From positions 5,347 to 69,346 of the forward strand of contig CAJULP010000088.1 in the NCBI GenBank assembly GCA_910587295.1: 64,000 bases of DNA, in the 5' to 3' direction. This DNA is from an uncultured Lachnospiraceae bacterium (GTDB taxonomy: Bacteria > Bacillota > Clostridia > Lachnospirales > Lachnospiraceae). The notes under the pieces were generated by a model. That model had not been told where the DNA came from. It made no database searches and saw nothing but the letters and a program-made list of their open reading frames with translations. Position 1 is the stretch's first letter, and every line of letters starts with the position of its first letter. Shown here one piece after another: positions 28,175 to 37,921 of this stretch. The position numbers and the translations under genes are program-made.

Positions 28175-29040
28175 GCTTCCTCCTTTACAACAAACTTCAC
28201 ATACAATACTGCAAAAAACATCGTGACTAAAAGCTGCATCACTGCACTTGCAGAAGCCGCATTCAAATTCAATACCTTAAACTGGTTATAAACAAGCAGA
28301 GACAACGTAGTTGTATTCTGCCCCCCTGATGTCATGATCCATATCAGGGAAAATTCATTGATCGCCCAAACCAGCAGCATCAAAATACAGATGAAACTGA
28401 TATCCTTTAATAACGGGAATGTGATATAACAGGTTTTCTTAAGCCACCCCGCACCGTCTAAGTCTGCGCTTTCGTATAAATCTGCCGGAAGCTGCTGTAA
28501 TCCTGCCGTCATCATCAGCATAACATAAGGCGAGCAGGCCCACACCTGGACAATAATCAAAGAAACCATTGCAAACTGCGGACTTGTCAACCAGGGAATT
28601 GGTTCTTTTATCAGCCCAATACTCTCCAAAATATGATTTGCCATCCCTCCATCCGTAGTTAAAAGCCATTTCCATGCCGTAGCTTTTACAACACCAGGGA
28701 TAATCCACGCTATGAAGATCATGCTGCGCCAAAACCCTTTTCCCTTGATCCCTTTCCTGTGGATCAACATGGCATAGGCACATCCAAGCAGAAAAGAAAA
28801 TACCACCGTGCTTAATGTCCATTTCAGCGTATTAGATACCGTTTTCATAAATTGCGGATTTTTAAACAGCCGCAGATAATTATACAGCCCTGAAAAACTG
28901 CCTCCCGACGACTGATCCGTAAAACTCATGGAAAAGATATAAATCAGCGGATATACGATCAATAATGCCGTAACAATGATTCCCGGAAGGATAAATGGGA
29001 TCGCTCTTTTTTCATCTCTGGTCAAAATTGGTTTCTTCAT
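28171..29040 (-). CDS. Sugar ABC transporter permease (MalF-like)
   Basis: It has the EAA loop YESADLDGAGWLKKTCYITFPLL and a 4-nt overlap with the downstream permease. Confidence 0.85.
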   Translation of the reverse strand: MKKPILTRDEKRAIPFILPGIIVTALLIVYPLIYIFSMSFTDQSSGGSFSGLYNYLRLFKNPQFMKTVSNTLKWTLSTVVFSFLLGCAYAMLIHRKGIKGKGFWRSMIFIAWIIPGVVKATAWKWLLTTDGGMANHILESIGLIKEPIPWLTSPQFAMVSLIIVQVWACSPYVMLMMTAGLQQLPADLYESADLDGAGWLKKTCYITFPLLKDISFICILMLLVWAINEFSLIWIMTSGGQNTTTLSLLVYNQFKVLNLNAASASAVMQLLVTMFFAVLYVKFVVKEEA

Positions 29041-29064
29041 ACTTTTTCTCCAGTGGTGTAAGTT

Positions 29065-30372
29065 TTAAAATGCCAACAATGCGTCAATATCTGCGGTCAT
29101 TCCTTCGCAAGCCTGCTCTACCGTCATGTTTCCTGACACGGCATTTTGAATATACTGATAAATGACAGGCTCCATTTCCGCCCAATTTTCATAAGTAGGT
29201 TCTGCTTTTGAATTGTTAAGCTGCTCTGTAAAGGGCTTTAGCGCCTCTTCAGAAAACTGTTCATATTCAATTGCCGTCTTGCTTGCCGGGAAGGAATCTG
29301 TAAGGCGCGCCTGGTTTTCAGGTGTGGTGATGTAAGCAAGGAACCTTGCGGCCGCTTCTTTGTTTTCACTGTTTTTCGCCATGGATACACACCAGCCGTT
29401 TGCCGTGGTACATCCCATTTTACCGTCTCCCGGTATTACTGCGGTCTTAAAATTAAGGTCCGGATACTCTGATCTTAAAGGCTCCACATCGAAAGGACCG
29501 GTGAAGTTAAAAGCTATCTGCCCTGATGCAAACATTTCCCTCATCTTTGTATTATCAATTTCCGCACTGCTGGGAGATGCATAGCCTTCACTTATGGAAT
29601 TAACAATGTTGCCAAGCGCTTTTTTTGCCGCATCACTGTCAAGTAAACACTTGGTCTCATCCTCATTTAAGATATCCCCGCCGTAAGTGTATAACTGCTG
29701 CACCAGCCTGGTTACGGCATTCGCCTGATTTCCTAACGGCCATGCAAAGCCATAGACACCATCTCCGGACAGTTCTTTACTCATGGCAGCCATCTCATCC
29801 CAATCCGTAGGAAAAGATTCATAACCAGCTTCTTTTAACATATCCACATTGTAGTAAATCCCCGATCCGTCATAACGGAAAGGAATCCCATAAATTTCAT
29901 CGTCAAGAGAGGTGATCGCAAGGGCCGGTTCCAGAAGATCGTCAAAATCAACAGAAGCTGCCCTCCCCAATTCCGACAACGGCTCTAAAAGATCTTTTTT
30001 GGCAAAAGGTCCTACATCCGTCAGCAAAATAGTAAATAATTCCGGTGCATTCTTAGCGCTGATTGCTGTCGTGATCTTACTTTTATAAGTATCCCAATCT
30101 GTGATCACAAGTTCTACTTTAATGTCAGGATTTTCTTTTTCAAACTCGGCTGCCATCTCACGGCTTTCCGGTTCATCCCAGTTAGGTGTCCACCACTGGA
30201 TTGTTACCTGCCCTGTACCTTCAGTCTTATCGGTATCCGCGTTTTGTGAATTATCTGTCTCCTGCTTTGCTGCAGGCTGCTGCGTATCTGCAGCGGAACC
30301 CTTATTACCACATCCCGCAAGCATACCTGCCATCAAAACCACTGCCATAAATACTGCTGTTAACCTCTTCAT
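29065..30372 (-). CDS. ABC transporter solute-binding lipoprotein (family 1)
   Basis: It has the lipobox LAGCGN, a Q/T/D-rich linker, and a typical VTIQWWTPNWDEPE...ENPDIKVE family-1 start. Confidence 0.85.
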   Translation of the reverse strand: MKRLTAVFMAVVLMAGMLAGCGNKGSAADTQQPAAKQETDNSQNADTDKTEGTGQVTIQWWTPNWDEPESREMAAEFEKENPDIKVELVITDWDTYKSKITTAISAKNAPELFTILLTDVGPFAKKDLLEPLSELGRAASVDFDDLLEPALAITSLDDEIYGIPFRYDGSGIYYNVDMLKEAGYESFPTDWDEMAAMSKELSGDGVYGFAWPLGNQANAVTRLVQQLYTYGGDILNEDETKCLLDSDAAKKALGNIVNSISEGYASPSSAEIDNTKMREMFASGQIAFNFTGPFDVEPLRSEYPDLNFKTAVIPGDGKMGCTTANGWCVSMAKNSENKEAAARFLAYITTPENQARLTDSFPASKTAIEYEQFSEEALKPFTEQLNNSKAEPTYENWAEMEPVIYQYIQNAVSGNMTVEQACEGMTADIDALLAF

Positions 30373-31649
30373 CCTTTTCCTCCTTCTTTTGAATGTCTGT
30401 CATTTGCTTTACCCTTTTGCTCCAAGTACTCTTCCAGCAATGTTACTAACTGCATCAGGCACCGTGGCACATGATAAGGACCTTTTAATTCAAATCCTTT
30501 ATAATCTGAAACCATCCTGCCATCTCTTTTCAGAATGCTGTACCATTCCCCATACTCTTTATCCCTGAAATTATTTTGTACATAATCATACATTTTCATG
30601 AAATATCTAAAATGTTTTTCATTTTCATGAAAAAGGGCACTCATTCCCAAAGCATACAAGCCTTCCGCCTGGACCCACCATATTTTATCGTTCCATGCTG
30701 CCGGAATACCTGCATAGGAATTGACCAAAAAACGCTCTTCCAACATGCCATCTAAATCCACATGCTGATAAAATCCGCCATATTCTTCATCATAGCAGCG
30801 TTGGATCACCCAGTCTAACACCCTCATAGCGCGCTTACCGTATTCAGTATTCCCACATTTTATTCCGGCTTTCATTGAAAACCACATAGCCTCCATCGTA
30901 TGGCCCGGATCAATCAACCTCCCTTCTCCTTCCGGTTTTGGCTTCCCATCTGTTCCGATATATTCAAAAGGCGCCTCATACGCATCACTGGCATATTCAT
31001 ACAAAGATTTTTCCACACAACGCTTTAAAATCTTTTCATATTTATCTCCAAACAGATCCCTGCTTTCTAATGCCACCAAAAGCGTCATGAAATTCACGGC
31101 ATGCTTCTGATAACCCGGACGTATCCCCTCCATTGCAAGTACTTTTGGATCTTCTACATTTTGAAATAACCGATCGCTTAATTTTCCTGCAAGTTCCCGG
31201 TCCTTGAAAGCCTTTTCAATCCCACATGCTTTCACGTATTCATAAAGACCTTTTACCGCAAAATGATCTGTAAAAATGGAGACCGGTCCGTTTAAAACTT
31301 TGCCCTCACGGCTCATCATCTGGTGGAAACGCCCCTTTCCGGCATAAAATCCGGTATCCAGGTACACCCTGCCTGCGCGGGCTATATCCAGCCATTTTTC
31401 GTTTTGCCAAATGGTGTTATAAAAAGCGGCAAACGTATACATGGTACGCCCCACAAACCACCCCGGTTTTTTTGTGTCAAACAAATTCCCCCCGCGGTCA
31501 AAGTAATTCAGATAACCCGGATAGGTTTCATCCACCACTCTTTTTTCCCAAAACGGAATGACTTCATATAAAAGTTCTTCTTTTATTTTTTTTAAAAGAA
31601 TCGTTAATTCTTTTTCATGTCTTGTATAAAATTCTGATTTCCCTTCCAT
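30369..31649 (-). CDS. AGE-family (N-acylglucosamine 2-epimerase-like) epimerase/isomerase
   Basis: It has the length and repeated aromatic/W-rich (alpha/alpha)6-barrel pattern of AGE/YihS-like enzymes. This is family-level recognition only. Confidence 0.55.
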   Translation of the reverse strand: MEGKSEFYTRHEKELTILLKKIKEELLYEVIPFWEKRVVDETYPGYLNYFDRGGNLFDTKKPGWFVGRTMYTFAAFYNTIWQNEKWLDIARAGRVYLDTGFYAGKGRFHQMMSREGKVLNGPVSIFTDHFAVKGLYEYVKACGIEKAFKDRELAGKLSDRLFQNVEDPKVLAMEGIRPGYQKHAVNFMTLLVALESRDLFGDKYEKILKRCVEKSLYEYASDAYEAPFEYIGTDGKPKPEGEGRLIDPGHTMEAMWFSMKAGIKCGNTEYGKRAMRVLDWVIQRCYDEEYGGFYQHVDLDGMLEERFLVNSYAGIPAAWNDKIWWVQAEGLYALGMSALFHENEKHFRYFMKMYDYVQNNFRDKEYGEWYSILKRDGRMVSDYKGFELKGPYHVPRCLMQLVTLLEEYLEQKGKANDRHSKEGGKG

Positions 31650-31700
31650 CTTTTATCCCTTTTCCCCTGTTTCTCATATGCAAATATGTATTACGCTAAA

Positions 31701-31714
31701 TGTAAACGTTTACA
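31701..31714. promoter_or_regulatory. LacI-family operator, perfect 14-bp palindrome TGTAAACGTTTACA
   Basis: It lies in the 79-bp gap upstream of the AGE gene and matches the TGnAAnCGnTTnCA type. Two near-identical sites lie upstream of the LacI gene. Confidence 0.7.
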
Positions 31715-31728
31715 TTTTATGGTAAAAA

Positions 31729-32847
31729 TTAATCCCCATGTTCTAAAACTTCTTTTAAGCTTTTTCCTACTATATCTGCCTCTTTTTCAGTCAAATTTAA
31801 GGGGCTGATATATAATGCATGTTTTCCTTTATCAAATCCTATATAGATTCCTCTCTCATACATTTCTTTTACAATCCTTTCCCCGTTTGCCTGTGGTCCA
31901 AGATATAGAAATAGCCTGGGATACGTCTGCCCTACCGGGCCACGGTCTACGGTTTCTGTATGGACCACCAGACCCGCATCCGCCACATAAGATGCCACCA
32001 CCTCATTTCTTTTCACAAAGTCTGATTGGTTCCGCTCATGATCCGCTTCTATATAATTTTTCACTGCCACGTACAAGCCTGCCATACTTTCTCTGGATGA
32101 TTTACAGAAACGGCAGATACCATGATTAGGCGCTCCAAAGCGCACGCAGTCTTCTATCAATTCCTTTTTCCCAACAATCAATCCGCTGTCCGCCGGACCG
32201 CAAAGCGTTTTTCCGCCGCTGAAAATGACCAGATCCGCCCCTTCTTTGGTAAGTTTCCAAAGGTTTTCTACCGGTGGAAGCTGGGCTGCCGCATCCACTA
32301 CAACCGGGATATGATATCTGTGCGCAATCTCGATCGTCTGTGAAAGTTCCATAGACCCTCTCTCATATAGGGAAGACAAAAAGTAAAATACCGCTGCGGT
32401 CTTTTCATTGATGCTCCCCTCCAATTCATATGCAAGGGTCTCATCCGCATCCCCTATCTCTACCTTCACTGCCCCACTTGCCCAGATAGCCGCATCATAA
32501 GCATTTCTCTGAGAACGCATTACGATAATCTCATTTTTCATGCCTTTGGATTCGGGAAGCCTTGTATACCGGTACATGCTCCCTTCCGCCATGCAGACGC
32601 AGGCTGCAAGTAAAAGCGCCCCTGCCGCACCATTGGAAATATATGCGCCTTCATTGCCTGTCATCTGGGCAAGAGAACACCCCAGGCTTCTTTGCAGCTG
32701 TTCCATATCCACAAAATGCCGGGATACTTCCCTCATTGCTTCTAAGGTATTCTCTGCCATACGGCTGCCGCCATAGATCGTATAAGTATCATGGGCATTG
32801 ATAAAAGGCTTTAATCCCTGTTCCTTAAAAAAATCCATTTCCCACAT
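31729..32847 (-). CDS. SelA-like PLP enzyme, DgaE-type (amino-sugar-acid ammonia-lyase family)
   Basis: FSGGKTLCGP resembles the SelA/DgaE PLP-lysine block FSGDK.LGGP, and the N-terminus PFINAHDTYTIYGGSRM is typical of the family. Confidence 0.55.
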   Translation of the reverse strand: MWEMDFFKEQGLKPFINAHDTYTIYGGSRMAENTLEAMREVSRHFVDMEQLQRSLGCSLAQMTGNEGAYISNGAAGALLLAACVCMAEGSMYRYTRLPESKGMKNEIIVMRSQRNAYDAAIWASGAVKVEIGDADETLAYELEGSINEKTAAVFYFLSSLYERGSMELSQTIEIAHRYHIPVVVDAAAQLPPVENLWKLTKEGADLVIFSGGKTLCGPADSGLIVGKKELIEDCVRFGAPNHGICRFCKSSRESMAGLYVAVKNYIEADHERNQSDFVKRNEVVASYVADAGLVVHTETVDRGPVGQTYPRLFLYLGPQANGERIVKEMYERGIYIGFDKGKHALYISPLNLTEKEADIVGKSLKEVLEHGD

Positions 32848-32852
32848 TCCTT

Positions 32853-33638
32853 TCAGTGTGCTTTGATACTTGCCCCGCCATCCACCATGATCGTCTGTCC
32901 GGTTATGTAGGAAGACATATCACTCGCCAGGAAAAGCGCCGCATTTGCAATGTCCTCCATCTTCCCCGGTAAAAGAGGCTGCATATGCCGGAGCATTTCC
33001 ATAAAATCTTCCCTTTCTTTTCCTTCCGGGTAAGTATTGATCTCATCTAACATATTATCGCTCATGATAAGACCCGGAGAAATATTGTTTACCCGTATCC
33101 CTGCATCCGCATAGTCAAGCGCCATGGCTCTTGCCGTTGCATTAAGGGCGCCTTTTGTTCCGGCATAAATTCCAAATCCCGGCATAGTCATAGTTCCGTG
33201 GATGGAAGAAATATTAATAATATTGCCGTATTTTCTCTTAAGCATGCCGGGAAGCAGCTCCTTTGCACAAATTAACCCGCTTTTATAATTTGTATCAATT
33301 GCCGTTTCCAGCCAGGACTCGTCATATTCATGGATTTTTCCATGGCGGTTGATCCCTACCGTATTGACCAGAATGTCAATTCCACCAAAATCCGTGATCA
33401 ACTGTCCGCATACCTTTTTTACCTCATTCAAATTAGAAAGGTCTAAAACATACCCTTTGGAATCCGGGGATAGTTTCTTAAGTTCCTCTTCCGTTTCTTT
33501 AAGCTTGGGTAAATTCTTACCGCCTACTGCCGCAATTGCCCCATGCTTTGCAAATAACATTGCAATTTCCCGTCCTATTCCTCTTGCTCCTGTGGTGATA
33601 AAAGCTCTTTTTCCTGTAAGCATCCTTCCATAATCCAT
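32853..33638 (-). CDS. SDR-family oxidoreductase
   Basis: It has TGARGIGREIA (TGxxxGIG), NTVG and YAGTKGAL (YxxxK). Confidence 0.85.
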   Translation of the reverse strand: MDYGRMLTGKRAFITTGARGIGREIAMLFAKHGAIAAVGGKNLPKLKETEEELKKLSPDSKGYVLDLSNLNEVKKVCGQLITDFGGIDILVNTVGINRHGKIHEYDESWLETAIDTNYKSGLICAKELLPGMLKRKYGNIINISSIHGTMTMPGFGIYAGTKGALNATARAMALDYADAGIRVNNISPGLIMSDNMLDEINTYPEGKEREDFMEMLRHMQPLLPGKMEDIANAALFLASDMSSYITGQTIMVDGGASIKAH

Positions 33639-33640
33639 GG

Positions 33641-34675
33641 CTACCTTAATTCCCCCACCGTTTCTTTTTCCACAATATTGGTCTGATACATGATTCTGAC
33701 CGGTTCCATTTCCTTATCACTGTTGAGCCGTTCGCTCAATATCCTCACACTGTCCATTCCTATGTTATATAAAGGCTGGCTTACCGAAGTAATCTCCGGC
33801 CCCCGGTAATGATCCGGTAAAATCGTCTGGTTGTCAAATCCCATAATGGAAATATCTTCCGGAATCCGAAGCCCTCTGTCAAGTACGGCCCGGATTGCAA
33901 AACTTGCAATCGCATCATCCGAACAAAACACTGCCGTAGGCGGCATCTGCAGATCAAGCAAGGCATTCATACACTCATAACCGCTTCTGTAATCCGTGGA
34001 TGTGCATTGGACATACTGTTCCTTTACCTGTAATCCTGCTTTCTGCATTGCGTCCACATAACCGTCAAGCCGCTCTTTTGTCACCTTTTTGTTAGGGTTA
34101 CCACAAATATGTGCAATATCCCTATGGCCTTTGCCGATCAAATACTTCACAGCCTGTCTGGCTCCACCTAAGTTGTCGATTAAAAGCTTATTGCACGCAA
34201 GCTCCGGAACGTCATTTTCAATCATGACATAATCCACATTTCTGATTTCCTTCAAATAATGAATGACGCTTTCATCATTAAGATAAGATCCATACAAGAT
34301 CACTGCGTCAACTACACCATTTGTCAAATACTTAACATATTTTTCTTTGCTTTCCACATCACCGCCTAAAACGCTGCAAAACATGACCGCATAGCTTGTC
34401 TGCTGGGCAGACATCTCAAATCCTTTGATCAAATCGTGGAAAAATGGATCATGAAGATTGTTGACAATGATCCCAATACAATTAGTCCTTTGTTTCACCA
34501 ACGCCCTGGCTGCATGATTGGGACTGTACCCCAAAGTTTCAATAGCGTCTAAAACCTTTTGCCTTACTTCAGGTTTCACCTTGTTAATATTGTTGACCAC
34601 CCTTGATACCGTTGCTGAAGACACATTTGCTTCCCGCGCAACATCAATAATACTGACTCCCTTTTGGCTTTTCAT
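33641..34675 (-). CDS. LacI-family transcriptional regulator
   Basis: The HTH is SIIDVAREANVSSATVSRVVNN, followed by a periplasmic-binding-fold C-terminus. The start is ATG 34675. Confidence 0.9.
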   Translation of the reverse strand: MKSQKGVSIIDVAREANVSSATVSRVVNNINKVKPEVRQKVLDAIETLGYSPNHAARALVKQRTNCIGIIVNNLHDPFFHDLIKGFEMSAQQTSYAVMFCSVLGGDVESKEKYVKYLTNGVVDAVILYGSYLNDESVIHYLKEIRNVDYVMIENDVPELACNKLLIDNLGGARQAVKYLIGKGHRDIAHICGNPNKKVTKERLDGYVDAMQKAGLQVKEQYVQCTSTDYRSGYECMNALLDLQMPPTAVFCSDDAIASFAIRAVLDRGLRIPEDISIMGFDNQTILPDHYRGPEITSVSQPLYNIGMDSVRILSERLNSDKEMEPVRIMYQTNIVEKETVGELR

Positions 34676-34699
34676 CACTACCATCCCCTGCATATTATG

Positions 34700-34713
34700 T
34701 GCAAACGTTTACA
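34700..34713. promoter_or_regulatory. LacI-family operator TGCAAACGTTTACA
   Basis: It starts 25 bp upstream of the LacI start codon and differs at 1 of 14 positions from the 31701 site. Confidence 0.65.
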
Positions 34714-34746
34714 TTTTTCTTGTTAAAAAATATGCAAGTTTTAATT

Positions 34747-34760
34747 TGTAAACGTTTGCA
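34747..34760. promoter_or_regulatory. LacI-family operator TGTAAACGTTTGCA
   Basis: This is the second site in the same promoter region, with centres 47 bp apart. It is the mirror variant of the 34700 site. Confidence 0.65.
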
Positions 34761-34809
34761 TATTTTTATAATATGTCATTTTATCCAAAAAGTCAATACC
34801 TAAATTATT

Positions 34810-36129
34810 TTATTCTTCCTCCCATCGAACCACGTCACCCTTTTTATACTCCTTAGTAGATGACATAATTATCCTACTGTCTTTTGCAAGAATTCCGTCA
34901 TCTATTGCTGCCCAGGCTTCATTTTTATCAATAATCCTCACATTGGCTTCATCTACATAATATTCCTGCCCTAAAATCCCTTCCCGCTCTTTCAACACAT
35001 AAACAAAATTGGTTCCATTCCTTTCATATACTGCTGACGGCGGTACGCAGAGCCTGTACTTTTCTCCTGCCTCAGACCGGGAGATCATGCCTGACAATCC
35101 CGGTATCCCTGTACCTTCCGGGAGATTGATCAATGCTTCATAACTTCCGGGAACAGCTGCGCTTTCCGCAAGATAATCTATGGTTCCTTCCAGTTTAGCG
35201 CTCTTACCCTCCAGCTTAATGGATACCGAATCCCCCAATCCTACATACTTTTTCTGGCTCTTATCCAAAAACACCTTTAACTGGCATGGAAGGCTCTCAT
35301 CCGAAATCAGCATGGCCGCCGTATCCAATGTCCTGCCACCTACCTGAACAGAAACCGCCGTGACCACACCGCCAAAAGGCGCTGTTACAGTTCCCTGGCT
35401 TTCCATGATCTTCCTATACTCTCCAAGCTGGGATAAAAGTGTTTCTTTTTCAAGCTTTGCAATATCAAGATCAGAAGAAATCTGATCCGGCATCAGAATA
35501 TCCTCTACACGTCTTCCGGCCTGCTTGACCGCTTCATCCCGCTTTGCCCTGGCATCCGCTTCCCCGTATGCCGCACTTTGCAGGGCATCCTGCAATGTCT
35601 CATCTTCCCCTCCGCCCTCTATATCATCCATATCCTCCTTTGCCTGCACATAATCTTCCGCCGCCCGTCCGATATAGGTATCTTCCAGTCTTGCAGTAGT
35701 GTCGTAATCTTCCCTTGCACGGGCAAGCTCAAGGTCTTTTTTTTGCTGCTCAAGAGCCTGATTTTCCAATATGGCATTAATCTGCAATTCTATCTTGCCA
35801 ATCTCATCCTGTTTTTGTTCTATAAACTCTTTTAAGTCTTCCAGATCAATTTGAAACAAAACATCCCCTTCTTCCACCCGGTCTCCTACATGCACTAAAA
35901 TAGCGTCTACCCGAAGCCCCGGAAAATAATTGACCGCCCTTTCGCCACCTGCTGCCACGATTCCTTCCGCTTCTACCAAATGTTCCACATACTTTTCTTC
36001 CGGCATTACTGTGCTGACCATAGGGAGCTGATAGGCATAAATACTTTTCGAGACCACTGTACAGACCAGCATTAAAATCAAAAAAAACGCAAATGCAATT
36101 ATAATTTTCTTAATCCTTTGATTTTTCAC
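34810..36129 (-). CDS. HlyD-type membrane-fusion protein (periplasmic adaptor family) with N-terminal TM anchor
   Basis: There is a TM helix and a lipoyl-like hairpin (VHVGDRVEEGDVLFQID ... APFGGVVTAVSVQVGG). A long E/D/A/K-rich coiled-coil follows, and then a beta-barrel region. Confidence 0.75.
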   Translation of the reverse strand: MKNQRIKKIIIAFAFFLILMLVCTVVSKSIYAYQLPMVSTVMPEEKYVEHLVEAEGIVAAGGERAVNYFPGLRVDAILVHVGDRVEEGDVLFQIDLEDLKEFIEQKQDEIGKIELQINAILENQALEQQKKDLELARAREDYDTTARLEDTYIGRAAEDYVQAKEDMDDIEGGGEDETLQDALQSAAYGEADARAKRDEAVKQAGRRVEDILMPDQISSDLDIAKLEKETLLSQLGEYRKIMESQGTVTAPFGGVVTAVSVQVGGRTLDTAAMLISDESLPCQLKVFLDKSQKKYVGLGDSVSIKLEGKSAKLEGTIDYLAESAAVPGSYEALINLPEGTGIPGLSGMISRSEAGEKYRLCVPPSAVYERNGTNFVYVLKEREGILGQEYYVDEANVRIIDKNEAWAAIDDGILAKDSRIIMSSTKEYKKGDVVRWEEE

Positions 36130-36132
36130 ACC

Positions 36133-37032
36133 TTACTCCTTCAACCCTGAATAAATAATTCCCTGCTCCAAATAATCCTGCCCCAGTACAAAAACAAATA
36201 CCGCAGGAATCAATGTAACCACACTGGCACAAAAAGCAAATCCTGCCTGCCCCCAGGTGATTTCCGGCAAATACAAAGATAATGGCCAAAGAGCCTTATC
36301 TTCCAAAAAAGCCATTGGCTGCTCCATCATGTTCCAGTATTCCAAAAATCCCAGCACCATAGCGGACAAAAGCCCGCTTTTCCCAAGAGGAAGACCCAGC
36401 TTAAGAAAAATTGTAATCTCCCCTGCCCCGTCGATCCTTGCCGCTTCCAACAGCTGGGCAGGGATTGCCCGGAATCCCCCATAAGAAAGAAACACCGGAA
36501 AAGTGGAAAAAACTGCCGGAAGGATGATAGCCAGATGCGTATTTAAAAGAGACAGTCTGTTTAACACCAGATAACAGGATAACATGGTTACCTGAAAGGG
36601 AAGCAGCATCAGCACCACATAAAGAACAAAAAGCACCCGGCTGCCTTTTATCTGATAAACCGCAAATCCCCATGCCGCCGGCACAGCCATCACAAGCTGC
36701 CCGGCCAGGATGCAGACCACCAGCTTCATGGAATTCCAAAACAGAATAAAAAACTGGGGAGTTTCCAACAGAATTTTCTTATAATTTGCAAAGGAAGGAT
36801 AATCCGGTATCAACTTCCAACTGATAAACTCATTTCCCTGGCTAAAGACACTGCTTAAATGATTTCTTAATTCATGGCTATCCATAAGCGCCCCTGACAG
36901 CAAGATCAAAACCGGCATGACCACAAATACGGCTGGTACCAGAAGCAGTAGAACGATCAATACTTTTTGAACCGCCTTTTTTAACTGTTTGACAGATTTC
37001 TCATTCTTTTTTCTTCTTACTTCCATCTTCAA
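36133..37032 (-). CDS. Carbohydrate-type ABC transporter permease (MalG-like)
   Basis: It has the EAA loop LLEAARIDGAGEITIFLKLGLPLGKSGL and six TM helices. Confidence 0.8.
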   Translation of the reverse strand: MKMEVRRKKNEKSVKQLKKAVQKVLIVLLLLVPAVFVVMPVLILLSGALMDSHELRNHLSSVFSQGNEFISWKLIPDYPSFANYKKILLETPQFFILFWNSMKLVVCILAGQLVMAVPAAWGFAVYQIKGSRVLFVLYVVLMLLPFQVTMLSCYLVLNRLSLLNTHLAIILPAVFSTFPVFLSYGGFRAIPAQLLEAARIDGAGEITIFLKLGLPLGKSGLLSAMVLGFLEYWNMMEQPMAFLEDKALWPLSLYLPEITWGQAGFAFCASVVTLIPAVFVFVLGQDYLEQGIIYSGLKE

Positions 37033-37038
37033 ATTGAT

Positions 37039-37902
37039 TTATGCCTCATTTCGATCCCATAGTCTCTGCAGGATTAATATCACGATCATCAAAAACCCGC
37101 CTGTACATACCGCTGCCGCTGCCATCTTATCCAGTTCCAGATTCACAAACCAGTTGTTAAACACATGCTGCAGCAGATAAATGCTTTTATCGGGGTAAGC
37201 GCCGGATGTCAGATAGGCTTCGCGATATATCTTAAAGGAATTTAAAAACGACAAAACCACAATAGTATAAAGGCTGCCTTTCAGGTTTGGCAATGTAATA
37301 TACCACAACCTTTGCAGGCTGTTTGCGCCATCTACCTTTGCCGCTTCATAAAATTCCGTGGGAATCCCCATTAATCCTGCCAGCCACAAAATAACCGTGT
37401 AGCCTAAGTTTTTCCAAATATAGCTCCCCACCAAAACCCAAAATGCCGCCCCGGACCCCAGGTAATCGGTATGTACCTCTCCCCAAAAACCGGTCCACCC
37501 TAAAAGGCGGGTAAGGAACAGGTTTAGAAACCCCTGTTTATAAAATATCATTTTCCATACCATCACAACCGTTGCCGTAGGCATGGCAAGGGGAAACAGA
37601 TAGACAGACTTCACAAAACCTTTGCTTTCCAGTTGATTCAAAAGCAGGGCTGTAACAAACCCTGTTAAAACCAAAAACGGGATACATACCAGCGTAAATT
37701 TCAACGTATTACCTACCGCCAGCAGAAACGCCTGATTATGAAAAATAGTCTGATAATTCTTTATTCCATTAAACTGCCCGGTGACGGCAGTGGTGAAGGA
37801 TCGCTTCACCACGTCCGCAAAGGGAAGAATCACAAACAACATAATTCCCGCAAAACTGGGCAATAAGAATACATAAAAGAATTTCCGCTTCTTCTTTAAC
37901 AT
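37039..37902 (-). CDS. Carbohydrate-type ABC transporter permease (MalF-like)
   Basis: It has the EAA loop YEAAKVDGANSLQRLWYITLPNLK and six TM helices. Confidence 0.8.
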   Translation of the reverse strand: MLKKKRKFFYVFLLPSFAGIMLFVILPFADVVKRSFTTAVTGQFNGIKNYQTIFHNQAFLLAVGNTLKFTLVCIPFLVLTGFVTALLLNQLESKGFVKSVYLFPLAMPTATVVMVWKMIFYKQGFLNLFLTRLLGWTGFWGEVHTDYLGSGAAFWVLVGSYIWKNLGYTVILWLAGLMGIPTEFYEAAKVDGANSLQRLWYITLPNLKGSLYTIVVLSFLNSFKIYREAYLTSGAYPDKSIYLLQHVFNNWFVNLELDKMAAAAVCTGGFLMIVILILQRLWDRNEA

Positions 37903-37921
37903 CCATCATTTCTCCATTATT

